A stretch of DNA of 64,000 nt from Camelus ferus (GCF_009834535.1 NC_045698.1:1552001-1616000); one strand, 5' to 3'. Numbered from the stretch's first letter, positions 1 through 13,336 are shown. Numbers and translations: made by a program. The notes: generated by a model not told the origin, from the sequence alone.

Positions 1-2578
1 CCATCATCATCCTGATACAAAAATCAAAGAAAATCACCACAAAAGCAAAAAAGAAAGAAAGAAAGAAAATTTCAGGCCAGTATCACAGATGAACATAGGT
101 GCAAAAATTCACAACAAAATATTAGCAAACCAAATTCAACAATACAGTGAAAGGATCATACTCTGTGATCAAGTGTGATTTATCCCAGGGATCCAAAGAT
201 GGTTCAATATCTGCAAATCAGTCAATGTGAGACACTACATGAACAAATTGAAGAATAAAAATCATACGATCATCTTAATAGATGCAGAAAAAGCTTTGAC
301 AAAATTTGACAGCCATTTATGATAAAAACTCTAAACAAAGTGGGTATAGAGGGAACATACCTCAACAGAATTAACACCATATATAACAAACCTACAACCA
401 ACATCATTGAACAGTGAAAAGTGGAAAGCATTTTCTTTAAAATCAATAATAAGACAAGGATACCCACTCTTGCCACTTATATTCAATATAGTATTGGAAG
501 CCCTAGCCACATCAATCAGACAAGAAAGATAAATCTTAAAAATCCAAATTGGAAAATAAATAAAACTTCCCTTGTCTACTAATGACATGATACTATATAC
601 AGAAAAATCCTAAAAGCATTAAAAAAAACTATTAGAATATATGAGTTTAGTAAAGTTGCATGATACAAATTAACATACAGAATTCTGTTTCATTTATTTG
701 CACTAATAACAAATTATGAGAAAAGAAAGTTAAGAACACAATCCCACTTATAATCACATCAAAGGGAATATAATACCTAAAAGTGAATTTAACCAAGAAG
801 GCAAAAGACCTGTACTCTGATAACTATTAGAAACTGATGGAAGAAACTGAAGATGACACAAACAAATGGAATGACATACCATGCTCATAGACTGAACAAA
901 TTAATAGTTAAAAATGTTTATACTACCAAGGCAATCTACAGATTCAATACAATTTCTATCAAAATACCAATGGTGTTTTTCACAGAACTAGTATAAATAA
1001 TTCTAAAATGTATATGGAAACATAAGACTCCTCAAAATCCAAAACAATCTTGAGAAAGAAGAACAAAGCTGAAGTCATCACCCTCCCTGACTTCAGACTA
1101 TGCTACAAAGCTACAGTAATCAAAATAGCGTGGTACTGGCACAAAAACAGTCACATAGACAAATGGAACAGAGTAGAGAGCCCAGAAATAAACCCACACT
1201 TGTATGGTCAGCTAACCTATGACAATGGACACTAGAAAATACAATGAGGAAAAGATGGCCTCTGGATAAATGGTACTGAGAAAACTGGACAACTACACAT
1301 AAAATAATAAAATTAGAGCATTTTGTCATACCATATACAAAATTAACTCAAAATGGATTAAAGACTTACATGTAAGATCTGAAACTATAGGATTCCTCGA
1401 AGTAAACATAAGCAGTATGCTCTTTGACATCAATCTTAACCATTGTTTTTAATCTGTCTCCTCAGAAAAGGGAAACAAAAGCAAAAAAAAGCAAATGGGA
1501 CTACATTACAATCAATAGGTTTTGCACAATGAAGGAAACTATCAACTGAACAAAAAGGCAGTCTACAGAATGGGAGATGATATTTGCATAAAATATATCT
1601 GATACAGGATTAATATCCGAAATACACAAAGAATTAATACAACTCAACATCAAAAAAACCCAATTAGAAAATGGGCAGAGGGCCTGAATAGACATTTTTT
1701 CAAAGAAGTCATATAGATGGCCAACAGGCCCATGAAAGGATGCTCAGCATCACTAATCATCAAGGAAATACAAATCAGAACCACAATGAGATATCACCTC
1801 ACACTTGTCAAAACGGCTTTTATCAAACAGACAAGAAATAACAAATGTTGGCAAAGATGTGGAGAGAAGGGACCCCTAATGCACTGCTGGTGGGAATGTA
1901 GTTTGGTGCAGCCATTATGGAAAACAGGATGAAGATTCCTCAGGAAACTAAAAATAGAACGACCACACAATCCAGAAATCACACTCCTGGGTATTTACCT
2001 GGAAAAAAAAAGCACAATTCAAAAAAATTTTACACACTGATGCTCACTGAAGCATTATTTATAATAGCCAAGATAGGGAAGCAACTTAACTGTCCATCCA
2101 CAGGTGAATAAAGAAGATGTGATGTATACATATAAAATGGAATATTAGCCATAATAAAAATGAAATCTTGCCATTTGTAATAAAATGAATGGACCTAGAG
2201 TATATTATGCTAAGTGTCATAAGTCAAACGAAGACAAATATTGAAAGACAAATGTATTATCTCACTTACAGGTGGAATCTATAAAACAAAACAAAAGCAA
2301 ACATATAGACCACAAAATGGTGGCTGACAGAGGGGAGGGGTGTGGGATGGGGGTGAAGTAGGTGAAGGAGATTAAGAGGTACACCTCTCTAGCTATAAAA
2401 TAAACAAGCCACTGGGATGTAAAAAGTAGTATAAGAAATATAGTTGATAATATTGTAATAAATTTGTACTGGGCTTATTGCAGTGAACATTTCACAATGT
2501 ACGCAAATATCAAATCACTATGTAGTACACCTGAAATTAACATAATATTGTATGTCAACCATATTTCAATTTAAAAAA
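1..2578 (+). mobile_element. LINE-1 3' remnant (ORF2 RT to C-terminus plus 3' UTR), inactive, begins upstream of the window
   Basis: Broken ORF2 peptides [24 protein letters not shown] (1050-1235) and MRYHLT...[16 protein letters not shown] (1717-1932). RT FADD motif is degraded (STNDM, ~575-589). L1-type 3' UTR ends ...tacacctgaaattaacataatattgtatgtcaaccatatttcaatttaaaaaa. Many stops and frameshifts. Confidence 0.97.
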
Positions 2579-3254
2579 TTATACATATTGTCTGATCTCT
2601 CAGGGACAATATTAGCAAGCTTGAAAAAGTGACCCCTGCATGGGTCACAGCCATGCCTCTCACCTTGCTGTGGAGTAAATGGCTGTGAAGAAGAATGAAG
2701 AGTCTACATGTTCAGTTCACCAAGGCTGCCTCACAGGGTTTCAGAGGCCAGTGGCCAGATGAGGGCCTTCTGCAGAGAAATCACGTGGCCCAGGTCTCAT
2801 TTGGACTTAGCCATGCGAAAACTTGACGTTCAGTCTCCATCCCACATCCTTGCTGCCTATGCAGGACACAGCCTTCTTGCATCTCTGCAATTCCCTCCTC
2901 TGGCTCCAGGGACCATGGTCAGTGCTGCCTTGCTGGGCACCCTGTCCAACTCCCAGGCCTGGCTGGAGTCTGAGGCAACTCCAGGCACCACTCCCTGCGG
3001 TGATCCACCCTTTGTTTACTCACCACTTGTGTTCTGGATGCCATGCTACACTCCAGTGGAGCAACTGCAGTGGTGGTTAAAGGGTCTAGTCCACATAAGG
3101 GCTTCCTGGACCACACTCAGCACAATCATCACTGATTATGTAACCTGCCTGTAATGCATTTTATTCCTCAATAAAGCTGCATTACGAGTCATTCACCCCA
3201 GGGTCTGCATGACGGCCTGTGTGCACAAGAGCCAGTTCTCCTGTCCTTGCAGAC

Positions 3255-3624
3255 TTAGAGAGGGAGGACACAGTTCCCCAAACCCTTGGAAGAGAGTCAT
3301 GATCATGTAACCTCTTTGGCCTATAAAATGTGTCTGAAAGTGACCTGGGTCACTTCTGAGAGAAGCGTTTCATAGCCTGTGCTCTATATTCCTTTCTGCT
3401 CTGCCCCTGCTCTTCCCATTTTGTAGAGGGGTATCTGAACAGAAAGATGCCCAAAGACCAAACAGCCTGGAGCTGGGCCAGACATGGAAGGAGCTGTCCT
3501 GGGAGGCCCTGCAGACCCACAAGAAACACTGCATCAGCGGGAAGAAAGTACCAGCTGTGCAAACCTCTGATGATTGGGAGACGTTTGTCACAGCAGCACA
3601 GCCTAGCTGACCCTGACTGATACA
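3255..3624 (+). mobile_element. MaLR solo LTR (MLT1I/J-like)
   Basis: Contains ...catgtaacctctttggcctataaaatgtg..gaaagtgacctgggtcacttctg and the MLT1-type terminus ttgtcacagcagcacagcctagctgaccctgactgataca. 5' boundary approximate. Confidence 0.75.
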
Positions 3625-4319
3625 CCGCCATATAGGATTTGGTGAGTACTAAAAGAGGTCATATATATAAGGCTGGGTGGCAGTGCCTCACACACGATTA
3701 GTGCCTCATGGATGCTGAACCCCGGCCGTCTTGTTCCGGGATATGAACTTTCCTTTGTCAGACGGCCACCTCCTAGGCTGGCTATCATGTTTGCTTGCAT
3801 AGTCTGATTATCCAGTAGAGCATCTGGTGTGTAGTTGGTGGTTGATAAATGTATGTTGATCAAAGTTAGGAAAACAGCCATGTAAGTTTCTTTGACATAA
3901 TTGGATAACAGGAATTCAAACTATATATGGAAGAAATTAACCCCTGTTTGAATGATGATGCTAAAGTAACAGTGATTTCGGCAAAAATTCCTAGTTGAAA
4001 ATCAAATATTCTCTACACTGAATATCCTAGTGCCCTGACACTTCCCAGCTCATATTAACAGAATCAAGGTGGCAAAGCTCCATTTAAATAAGGTGGAGAC
4101 ACCGCAGCTGAAAACCCCGGAAGGAGGTCTCTGGCACCTCTGATTTTCACGGGGGCCAACAAACATGAGTGAATGACCCGCTTCAAATCAGTGGAAGCGC
4201 TGTCTGGTGAGTAACCTGGAGGTGTGCGCTGCCCAGCAGGTGGGCTCCTAAACAGAGGGGTTAATAGCTGCTCATTTTGTGCGCAGCCTTTTCATCTATG
4301 CCTCACTTCAGCTGGGGAC

Positions 4320-4530
4320 CAGGTAGATTCCGGAAGACTAATGAGGTGTGTATCCCCAGCCGACGCCGCGTGGCACCGGAGCTTGCCCGGGATGCTGGAA
4401 TGCTGGCTTCGTGACGTCGCTTTCAGCCAATCAGAGAGCAGGAGGGCAGGAGGAGGCATTTCATGGACGCAGGTGCGCGCGGGCTCAGGTGGTGGGTCCC
4501 TGCCGCTCCCCCGCCCTCACCTCCAGGTCA
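4320..4530 (+). promoter_or_regulatory. Promoter-like module (ETS, CRE-like and CCAAT motifs) in a small CpG cluster
   Basis: CCGGAAG at 4330-4336, TGACGTCG at 4412-4419, AGCCAATCAG at 4425-4434, with locally raised CpG density. Confidence 0.5.
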
Positions 4531-5332
4531 GAGCGTTTCTGTGGGGCTCCAGCTGTGCTCAGCCTGCTGGCTGTGAATGCGGGAAAGTGGGGAGAGCAGC
4601 GAGCGGTGTTCCTGGCCCTCCAAAAGAACAGCCACGGCTTCCTTTAAGATGAAAAATGATGACGGAGAAGACAGGCTGCAAAGTGAGAGTTTGCCAAATT
4701 AGCCTCTGGCTTTCTATTGACAATATTCAAATAAATGAATTATAAGGCGTTTATAAAACCTTCAGAAATGGCTCTATTTCCAAGTCTTCTTTTACAGTCT
4801 CAGATGTGTCACGGTCACTGTGGTATTAAATCCTCTGTATCACAGTGACAGAGAAAAACGTGTAACTGTTACAATGCAAATCACTGGATGGGCAGCGAGG
4901 GCTGTCGAGAGTGAGCGTTTCATGAAAGTGCGCAGACCCAGCCCTTCGGGGCATTTCTCTTTCAGTTATCTAATCGGCTGCAGTTTATTTACGCTAGGAA
5001 AGGGCTAAGGAGACTGCCTTGAAATGTTGTCCAAAAGAAAGGGTTTTATATGCGTTTATTTAGAAATAAGTTCAGAAATACCTATTTAGCCACAATCACA
5101 CCTACACCTACGTACTTAGGTTCACCCATCGGAGCCGGGGGCCCCTTTTTTCTTGTTTTAGCCCTTTTGGTGAGAGACTAACTTGTTCAAGGAGCGAAGA
5201 AGGCTCTGAATTGGGAGAATAATAAAAAACGGGAAGTGAAACACTTGCGATTTTAAAATACCCATGAATAAACGCAGATCACTCAGGTAAGTTACTCTCA
5301 GAAGGAAAAACCTCACTCACGTTTGTCTTTAG

Positions 5333-5479
5333 AACTCGCCTCACATCTCAACTATGTTAACGCGAGTTTGGGAAGAAGACTGGGAAAGCCTCATTGCCCC
5401 AATCCCACGTCACTCTCCCCTTTTAACTGGTGTCGCCTGCTTTGTGGGTACTTCATCCAACAGTGCAGACATTTTAAAG
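5333..5479 (+). other. Candidate 147-nt internal exon (product unknown, possibly lncRNA)
   Basis: Acceptor ctcactcacgtttgtctttAG at 5331-5332 and donor AAG|gtaagg at 5480. Length is divisible by 3 and frame 0 is open (NSPHISTMLTRVWEEDWESLIAPIPRHSPLLTGVACFVGTSSNSADILK). Confidence 0.35.
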
Positions 5480-7796
5480 GTAAGGTGAGCACTTTCTAAC
5501 AATGACCAGCGAGAAATGAAATTCACGAGGTCCTGGGTCGTGTGTTGGTGATTATTTGCGCCTCATCCCGTGATCTGAGGTCTTGGGCAGCAGGGCGGCC
5601 AGCCCTGAGTGGTGCGGGCTGCTCATTGCTCCGACCACAGCAGAGCTGGTGCGGGGGCCGGGGCAGCGGGGACCAGCGCCCGCCGGAGTCCCGTGACGCA
5701 GGCTCAGATCCCGCCGTGACCCGCAGCTGGGACGTGCAGGACATGCAGTGCCTCGTGGGCACCCACGGTTCGTGTTGATTTCCATTGCCCAAGCTGAGTA
5801 TCTTGGACTAGCTTTGGAGTCTGCAAGGTCTCTACCAAGGTACTGAAGGGGAGAAAAGAAAGTGTATTTGGAAAGCATGGGGTGGTGAGTCAGGGCTGAA
5901 TGTGTTTCAAGCCCTGAGAAACTTCGCATAATTACGTTTTACACGTCAGGTTTCCGAGGGCAATAGCAGTGAGCTCTATGTCTGGTGAAGATGACTGCAG
6001 CCTGGACGTGACGGGCACCTTCCCCGCCCTGCGCTGCAGCGGCCGCGTGCGCTAACGGTCATTGACTATTTCTGAGAAAAATTAAGAATTTTATGGGTGG
6101 AGAATTCAAATACTACGGTGCTTGCCTGCAGGTCCCCAGTGCCCGTCGTGTGGCCGGCGGCACACAGACGAGGTTTGATCAAGAGCCAGTCCCCACGTGA
6201 CTGGCTTAAATCATGCATCATACATCTCGGGAACTTTCAAAAGATGGTGTCTTTCTTCCTTCTGAGTGGTAAGTTCTGGATAATAACGATTAGTCCAAAT
6301 AACCCAGACCATGAAAGAAGTGAGACTCTTCCCGGGCACATGTCCTGGCGGCTGCCCCAAAGTCATTTGAACATTCTTTTGACATTTTCACAGCGTTCCC
6401 CGTTTCTATGAGTCTGTTACGCCAGGATTTAGTAGAGGGAAGACCCCTGTCTCCTAGACTTCCGTGCAGCTAGAGGGGAGCCCGCATGCTGGCATCCAGG
6501 ACTGCGTGCGAGGAGATGATGGTTCTTCTGGAAAGGGCCATGGGCTCCCTGCATCCGGCTCAGGGACCTGGCACTAGAAGAATATTGCCCAGTGGCTGAG
6601 CACTGCCCCCAGCTATGCTGTCCTAGGACCTAAGTCTGGTCCTCGCTTGTCCTGAAGATGCCAGGGCTGACGACAGCCCTTACCAAATCCCCTGCAGCTC
6701 CAGCAGGCTGGACTGGGCTCTCTCCTGGGCAGCTGTGTGTTCCGACCACACAAGGCCTGAGGGCGGTCGGGGTGGTGGGGCCCCTGGGACACACAGCTGG
6801 AATTGTGCTTTCAGAAGAGACCTGCCCTGGTTCCTACCTCCCCACTACCATCCTCCTCTCCCAGAACCTTCTGGAGAGACATGGTGAACTGATACCGTAG
6901 TTGACGACAAAGTGCTTTTGGGGACCAATCCGATTCCTGCCTGTGGGCCGAGCTCAGGCACCTTGGTCCAGGTGATGCCACACGTCAGGCATCCACGCAG
7001 GACTTGATGTCTGTTTCACACTTTAATGAAAGAAACCACATAGCTCTGTGTTTTTTCCTGGTGGAACAGAAAAGTCAACAGGTTTAGTAAATGACTTGCT
7101 GAAAAACAGAGTAGTAAATGAAATGAAATAATGAGGAAATAGAGAGATTGGCAAAATCAACACCAATCATTTTCTACCTGTGATTTGTAGAAAAACTTGA
7201 GTTTTCAGTCAGGAAGAGGCTAAGAATGACATGTGAAAAACGTCCACTCTGCCAACGAGCCGAAAGGTCACAGTGCGTTAGTCAGCATCGCGTGGAGTCA
7301 GCATACGTCCGTAGATGGGGTCCAGGTTTTCTTTTTTCTTGTAATTCAGTTTATTTTGATAAAGTCAAAGGCAGACGACACCCTATGGGTATTTAATAGA
7401 GTGAGCAGGTAATTAGAAATGACTTTTTCTTCTGAGTTTTTCTTAAGCACCTCAATACTGAGAAGCCTGCTGTTTGGTACAATTAAAACACATCCTGGAC
7501 CCTCAGGCCTTCAACCACCTTGCATCCTGTTCTCATCGCGTTCAGACCTCTGGGTGCTCAGACGCTGGGGCTCTTCCCCGATGCTGCCTCAGAGCATCCT
7601 CCCAGGACGTGGGCCCCTGACTGCCGAGCCAGGCCACTCCTGCAGCCCCCTCCCCCGTGGTTCACCAGACCCCTCCTGCCTTCCAGCCCTCGGGTGCCTC
7701 AGTGTGTCCCCACCTGTCACCTGGGACGAGAACAGAGCGAGCACGGAGCTTCAAGTACATCTCATCATCAAATCTCACCATCCACATGCCCAGGCT

Positions 7797-7990
7797 CTTT
7801 TTTATTATTATTACTGAAGTACAGTCAGTTACAACGGGTCATTTCTGGGGTCCACCCACGTTTTGCGACACTGTCGTCGCTCTAGCGCATCGCCAAGCCC
7901 TCCGTGCCTCCACAGGAGGGGCTCGTCTGTGTTTCTTCCCGTGAACGGTTGTATGATCGCTGACCTGGCATAGCCTTTCCCTCCACCCAT
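7797..7990 (-). mobile_element. L1 3'-end fragment, strongly GC-shifted
   Basis: T-rich tail followed by ..ctgaagtacagtcagttacaa..atttctggggt, the reverse complement of an artiodactyl-type L1 3' end. Similar copies lie at 18463 and 22895. Confidence 0.6.
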
Positions 7991-9399
7991 CGCCTCCTGC
8001 GGATGCTTCTGCTTCTGATCAGCGGGGCAGAGGCGGCCCACAGCTGGGAATTTGCGAGGCCTGGGTTTTTCTCATTCCTTCTCCTTTTCTGAGGGTTCCC
8101 ATCATGTGAGCGGGCGCCCACCCCCGCCTCACCGCCTCTCACTGCACTCATGGCGTCGCTGCAGCCAGGACCTCACTTCCCTGTTTCCCCCCAGACTTCC
8201 GCGTCCCCCGGGCAGCCCAGCCCCCTTGTGCTGTGGTGCTCGTCTGTGAGCCCCTAGTCCACCCCTTGCCAGCTCTGGGAAGTGACCCCCTCCCTTCTGG
8301 AACGGGGCCAGCCTGTCTCCGCCTCTTCTCTCACTGGCCCCCTTTTCTGTAAGCAAGCCTGGGCCTCGAGGGCCCCGCCCCCGCCCCCTCGTCCACCCAG
8401 CACTGCAGCCCGGGGCCCGCGCACCTCACTGCTGCTGCTGCTGCCAGACCATTCTCTCTGCCTCCTGCCTGGAACAGCCTCTTTCAGATCTGCTGAGCTG
8501 GGCTAGCCCTGCCGATTTGGGTGACCCACACCCTAGAACTCCCCTCTGTCCCTTCAGGGGCCTCTCCGCACGCCAGTCCTACACGATTCTCGATGATTCC
8601 AGCCCCTGTGCCGACCACACCGTGGTGCTGACGGTCCCACTGGTCAAAGAGGGCCTCACGCCTGGCGCCTCTGAGCACAGCGCGGCCAGACACCCTCCTC
8701 CCCGGCTGAGCTAACCCGTGTCCCCCCCCCCGACGCCCCAGACCCAGGCTCTGGAGAGCTGGGTCGCACCTCCCCCGCACGCCTGCACGCCTCCTCACCC
8801 TCCTTGCCCTTGGCAGGTGGCCTTGCTTTGCTCAGGGTGGGCCTGTGCTCCAGGCCGTGTGCACCCCGCCTACCTCTGGGCCGCCACCCCCTCTGCTGGA
8901 GTGAGCCCTCCCAGCCCACCTGGGGGCCAGCCTCCACTGCCTCGCTTGTGCTGGGGCCCCAGAGACCCCGGGGCAGGTGCCAGGGGATGCCTTCCCACCT
9001 TTTCAGAGCCAGGACAACTGTGAATTTGAAAAGGACAGTGCTGTCCTAAGCTCATGCTCATATTTCCAGCCCAGACTCAGGACCACAGCGTCCAGCCGCG
9101 TCTGCACCGCACCTGCTCTCTTTCCTTTCACGCTGACACCAGCGCAAGTGCTCACGTTCTTTGTCCTGCACCACGTGCGGAACCATCCTGGGTGGCGATA
9201 CCAGTCTCACCACCAAAGACAGGGCTGTAAGAAGAGGCCACGGGCTCTGGTTTGGGTTGCGGTTTGCGGGGGTGTGTGCTGTGCACCTGTGTGCTCTTCA
9301 GGGCGCTCCCTCTGGTGGTGTAGACTCAGGTCACCTTTCCACACTCACTGGGAAGGGTGGCCTGTCACAGGTGTGGGCATCTCCCCTCTTCATCCCCCT

Positions 9400-10400
9400 C
9401 TGCTCAGGTGCTGGCTGACTCACTCTCCGAACCTCACTCTCACCGAGGGCACGGAGGACCCCAGGTTAGTGAGCCCGGAGCTAACATGGCAGCAGGGGTG
9501 ACGGTCAGCTTTCTGCCCTGGGGAGACTTTGCTCCCTGGAGTCAAGGACCCCTTACTCATGGGGTCCTCTCAGTGGACCCATCATCTGGGTGCAGTGCGA
9601 GGACCCTCACTCACGGGTCCCCCGCCCATCGTCCACCATCACTGCCTGCTCGGCCGCCGCTCTGCTCCCTCTGGCCAGGTCACGGGAACGCCCAGCCTCG
9701 CTGTTTGGACTTCTTTCCCCATTAAACCTCATTCACCTGGTCTCAGGCTTGGCTTAAGTCCCATCCATTTGCTGACGACTCCACAGTTCCTATCTCAGCC
9801 CTGAAACTACCCCGGGGCTCAGGCCCCCGTAGCCCAATGTGTACACGAATCAGCGTCTAACAGGGTGCCCGATGTCACATGGCCAAACCAGCTCCCTCTT
9901 CTCCCCGAAACCTGCTCTCTCCACGTCTGCAGTAGGACAACTCGGCTGTCCGCTTGGGTAGAAGAGCGTTAGGGTCCTCTTGGACTTTCAGCCCAGCGGT
10001 GCGTCCTGTGGGTTCCATCTGCGAATGGTGGCCAGCTCCAGCCTGCCTCCTGCTCTGACATGCCTTGCTCCAACCTGGGACAAGTACAGAAGGACTCACG
10101 CCCCCGTCCTTGCTCTGGGTGGCGCCCCTCAGGAGAAGCCAGAGCCGCCTCTGCACAGCGTTAATCCGATGGAGTCCCTCTCAGTCCCAGAGCCTCAAAG
10201 ACGTCCCGTCCGATTCGCGTCGGAGCCGGTTCCCCGGAGGCCCCTCCGCTCCTCACTCTGAGCCTCTCGATGTCCTCACTCTGGCGAAGGCCAGCTCTCA
10301 CGCCTCGTGTCTGCAGGTCCTGCTGGCGGCGACGTCCGCTGGTGTCTTCTCACCCCTGCGTCCCGGCGTCTTGGGGACACTCTTATTTTTACGTGTTATT
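9400..10400 (+). mobile_element. L2 LINE relic
   Basis: gacgactccacagttcctatctcagccctg...cacatggccaaaccagctc (9774-9893) matches the L2 RT region (DD / LNMSKTEL-like). Boundaries approximate. Confidence 0.6.
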
Positions 10401-11122
10401 TCACGGCTGTGTTGAATTGCAACCTCGGAAAGAGCGGATGAACCTGGACAAGGCGGTGCCTTTGGGGGAGGAATCTCGCACCTTTGAGAACGTTAACATT
10501 GGCAGATAGTAAGCGAGTGACAGAGACGGCAACTAAAGCACGTTGATATCAGTAAAGTATCAGTGAGGAAAGACCTCAGGAAAACGTTTAATTTGACACT
10601 CGGGGGATTCTTCAGGAGTGTGGACCGCATGGACACGGGACGAAGGGTCGGGGGTCAGTGGGTGGAAGCTCAGGGTCCTCTGTCTGTTCCCTGGCTCCCT
10701 GGCTGACGTGCCGAGGCCGGGCGTCCTGGAAGGTCTCAGGGCATCCAGCCGTGTCTCCCCAGCCCCTCTTCTGCGTGACTGGCCCCAACCCCTGTGACCC
10801 ACAGCTGTGTCCAGGGAATTCTGGTGCCCTTGCAAAGGCAAAAGATGGCCAAGTGCAGCTGCTCACAGGTGCCGCTCTGGTGAAAGGACGCGTGGCCCAG
10901 TGAGACCGGGCACGCCGTTGCTCCTTCATTGCTGGGAGCACATCAGAAGTCCTGAAAAAGCCTTTGTTGAAACAAAAGCAAACTGTTACCTTGTTTTCCT
11001 CAGTCTTCCCCCTGAGCCTTGAAATGGGCAAACGACCCTTTCTTTGAGGGGAGCGGTCAGCATCCTATAAAGTGCTGATGCCCTGCATAACACGGCTTGG
11101 GAACGCTGCCCTAATGTTGCCA

Positions 11123-11164
11123 ACATCACGGCCATCATGTCCATCACGTCCATCTCGTCCATCA
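11123..11164. repeat. Degenerate 9-bp tandem repeat (catcacgtc), ~4.7 copies
   Basis: catcacggc catcatgtc catcacgtc catctcgtc catcac. Confidence 0.8.
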
Positions 11165-13336
11165 CAACGTGAAAGGACCACTGTCCATGTTCAGGCCAGA
11201 GGTCCAGGCAGGGGTGAACACCCCTCACCATCCTGAGCAGAGCCACGTTTCATCCTGTGAAGCGGCACCGAGGAGGGGGCCACCGCCCCTCGGCCACGTG
11301 GGCACTGAGCAGCCTTAAATGTCATTTTCTCTATCTGTGTACCTTCTGATGTGACCCAGTGGAATGACTCAAAATGGAAGGAAAAAAAAAAAAACTGGCT
11401 CCCCTGCCCAGTGGGAAGTCACAGGGAGCTGCAAATTAATGTTAAATGTAGGGAGACTGGCTCAACGGAAAACAGTCTGTAAAACGTGGTTCTGATTTAG
11501 CGCATTGCACTTTTCCAGGAGTACTAGAAACAGCAGCAAAGATCCTTGCTGGACGTTGAACAGCCCGTCCCTCTGCTCCCGCAGCTCGGAGTGGGGGTCT
11601 TGGCGAGTTTTCAGCTTTAGCTGAGGAGCCCGGCCCCCTGTTGTCTTCCCTCTTCCCGCAGGCAGGAAGCGGGGTGCCTCTACTCAGGGCAGAGCTTCCG
11701 AGTGTCAGTTGACACTGACAAGGAAGTGCCTGAAACCTTCTGTCTGTATCTGTGTCTGTCCTGTCTGACACAGGTCCGTAGCAGGACATAAGTGCGCGTA
11801 TGTAAGCAAAGGTTTAAGTGTGCTGAATGCTGAATTAAAATACTTCCTAGAGACGGGCCCTCTCATCCCCACCCCCACCTCCCCCAAACGCACGCGAGCG
11901 CACTCAAGGTGCTCCCCCTCCTCGCGTCTGCCCCGGCTCCCGCTTCCTGCCTCGAGACCTCCTTGAGGGCCAGGTGGGTCTGTTCCGTGCTCCTCCTGGC
12001 GGCTTCCCGCAGCTCCGGGCCCCCTGGCCTGTGGTCCGCGGCCCTACCGGGCCGTGACGGCCCGCCCTTCAGAGCCAGGGTCTGCGGGGCGGGAGGGGTC
12101 CCGGGAGCCAGCCGCCTGGGCCAGAACCCCAGCTTCAGGGTTTGCTGGTTTGTTACCTTGACTGAGTCACTCGTTCCCTAAAACTCTCCGTTTCCTTCTC
12201 TGTTGCAGACGGTCACACAGACACCCAGGTGGGGAATTTGAGGGAACGGGGTGGGGAACACGTGTCCAGCAGGGGTGACGGGTCCGGCAAGTTGTCAGGA
12301 GTCCCTGGGTGTGGCCTCAGCCCCCGAGAAAGGACATTAACTGCCCTTCACAAAGCATGTTTTCTGTTTGGTTGTTTTTAAAACACGTGGCTCCGGCCAC
12401 TCTTGGCATCACCGAGGATCAGTCAAACTGGGCATCAAGACTCGTCAGAACCTCCATCCACCGTCAGGCCTGTGGGCTCCCAGAGGCCCCCCGCCCTGTC
12501 CACCCAGGATGGGCTGCCCAGGCTGTGGGACCCTTCTCCAGAGCCACCCAGCTCTGATGTCCAGGGTTTTCCCTCTGCCCAGAGCCTCGCCTGGTTCCCT
12601 CCCTGTGCTGCTGGACTGGGCGGTGGGATCCCGACACTGGGGGGACGGGAGGAGCTTCGACCTTGAGGACTTTCCTCCTTGGGCAGCTGCCCCCAGCAGC
12701 TGGAGATGGCCTCCGAGCACAGTGCCAGACGGGCCCCTATGAGACCTCATGTTGGCTGCACTGCAGTGTCTTCTCAGGGAAGGATTCAGGAAAACAGAGG
12801 AGCCTTTGATGGGACATAAAGCCCGGGACTGTGGGCAGAGCCTCGGGCTGTGCAGCGCGGGGGCCGAGCCAGGAGGGCCGACTCACGCAGCCCGGACTGA
12901 AAGGCCTGTCTTGACATTGCAGGCTGGAGGGAGGGAGGCGGGGGGGTCCGTGTGAAAGGAGCGGACGTGAGGTTGCATGAGAGCCGGAGGGACAGGCACC
13001 TTGCTGGAGAATTCCTGGCACGGCCGCGGGCACCGCCGTCGGTGGGAAGGTGCCTCCTGGCTGCCTCTGCCGGGTCAGGTGCAGCCGGCGTCCCTCTGCT
13101 GCGGGCCTGACTCTGTGAGCCCAGAGCCCACTGATGCCTGTGTCCCCACCAAACGGGCTGTGGTTTTCCCAGTGGACACAGACGATCTGACGCCCCCAAA
13201 CACAGGTGTCCCTGGCAGGCTGAGTACCTGGGGGTACCTGGTGAACTCCCCTCCCAGCCCGGCGGGGTGGGTCATGCTGGACCGTGTTCATCTCCCTCTA
13301 GACACTGAAACTTCTGTATATGTACACGTGGGGTGG

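Noticed and set aside
1..2578. Active L1 / reverse transcriptase gene
   Set aside because: ORF2 is fragmented and the FADD motif is mutated. The same applies to 53.0-56.0 kb.
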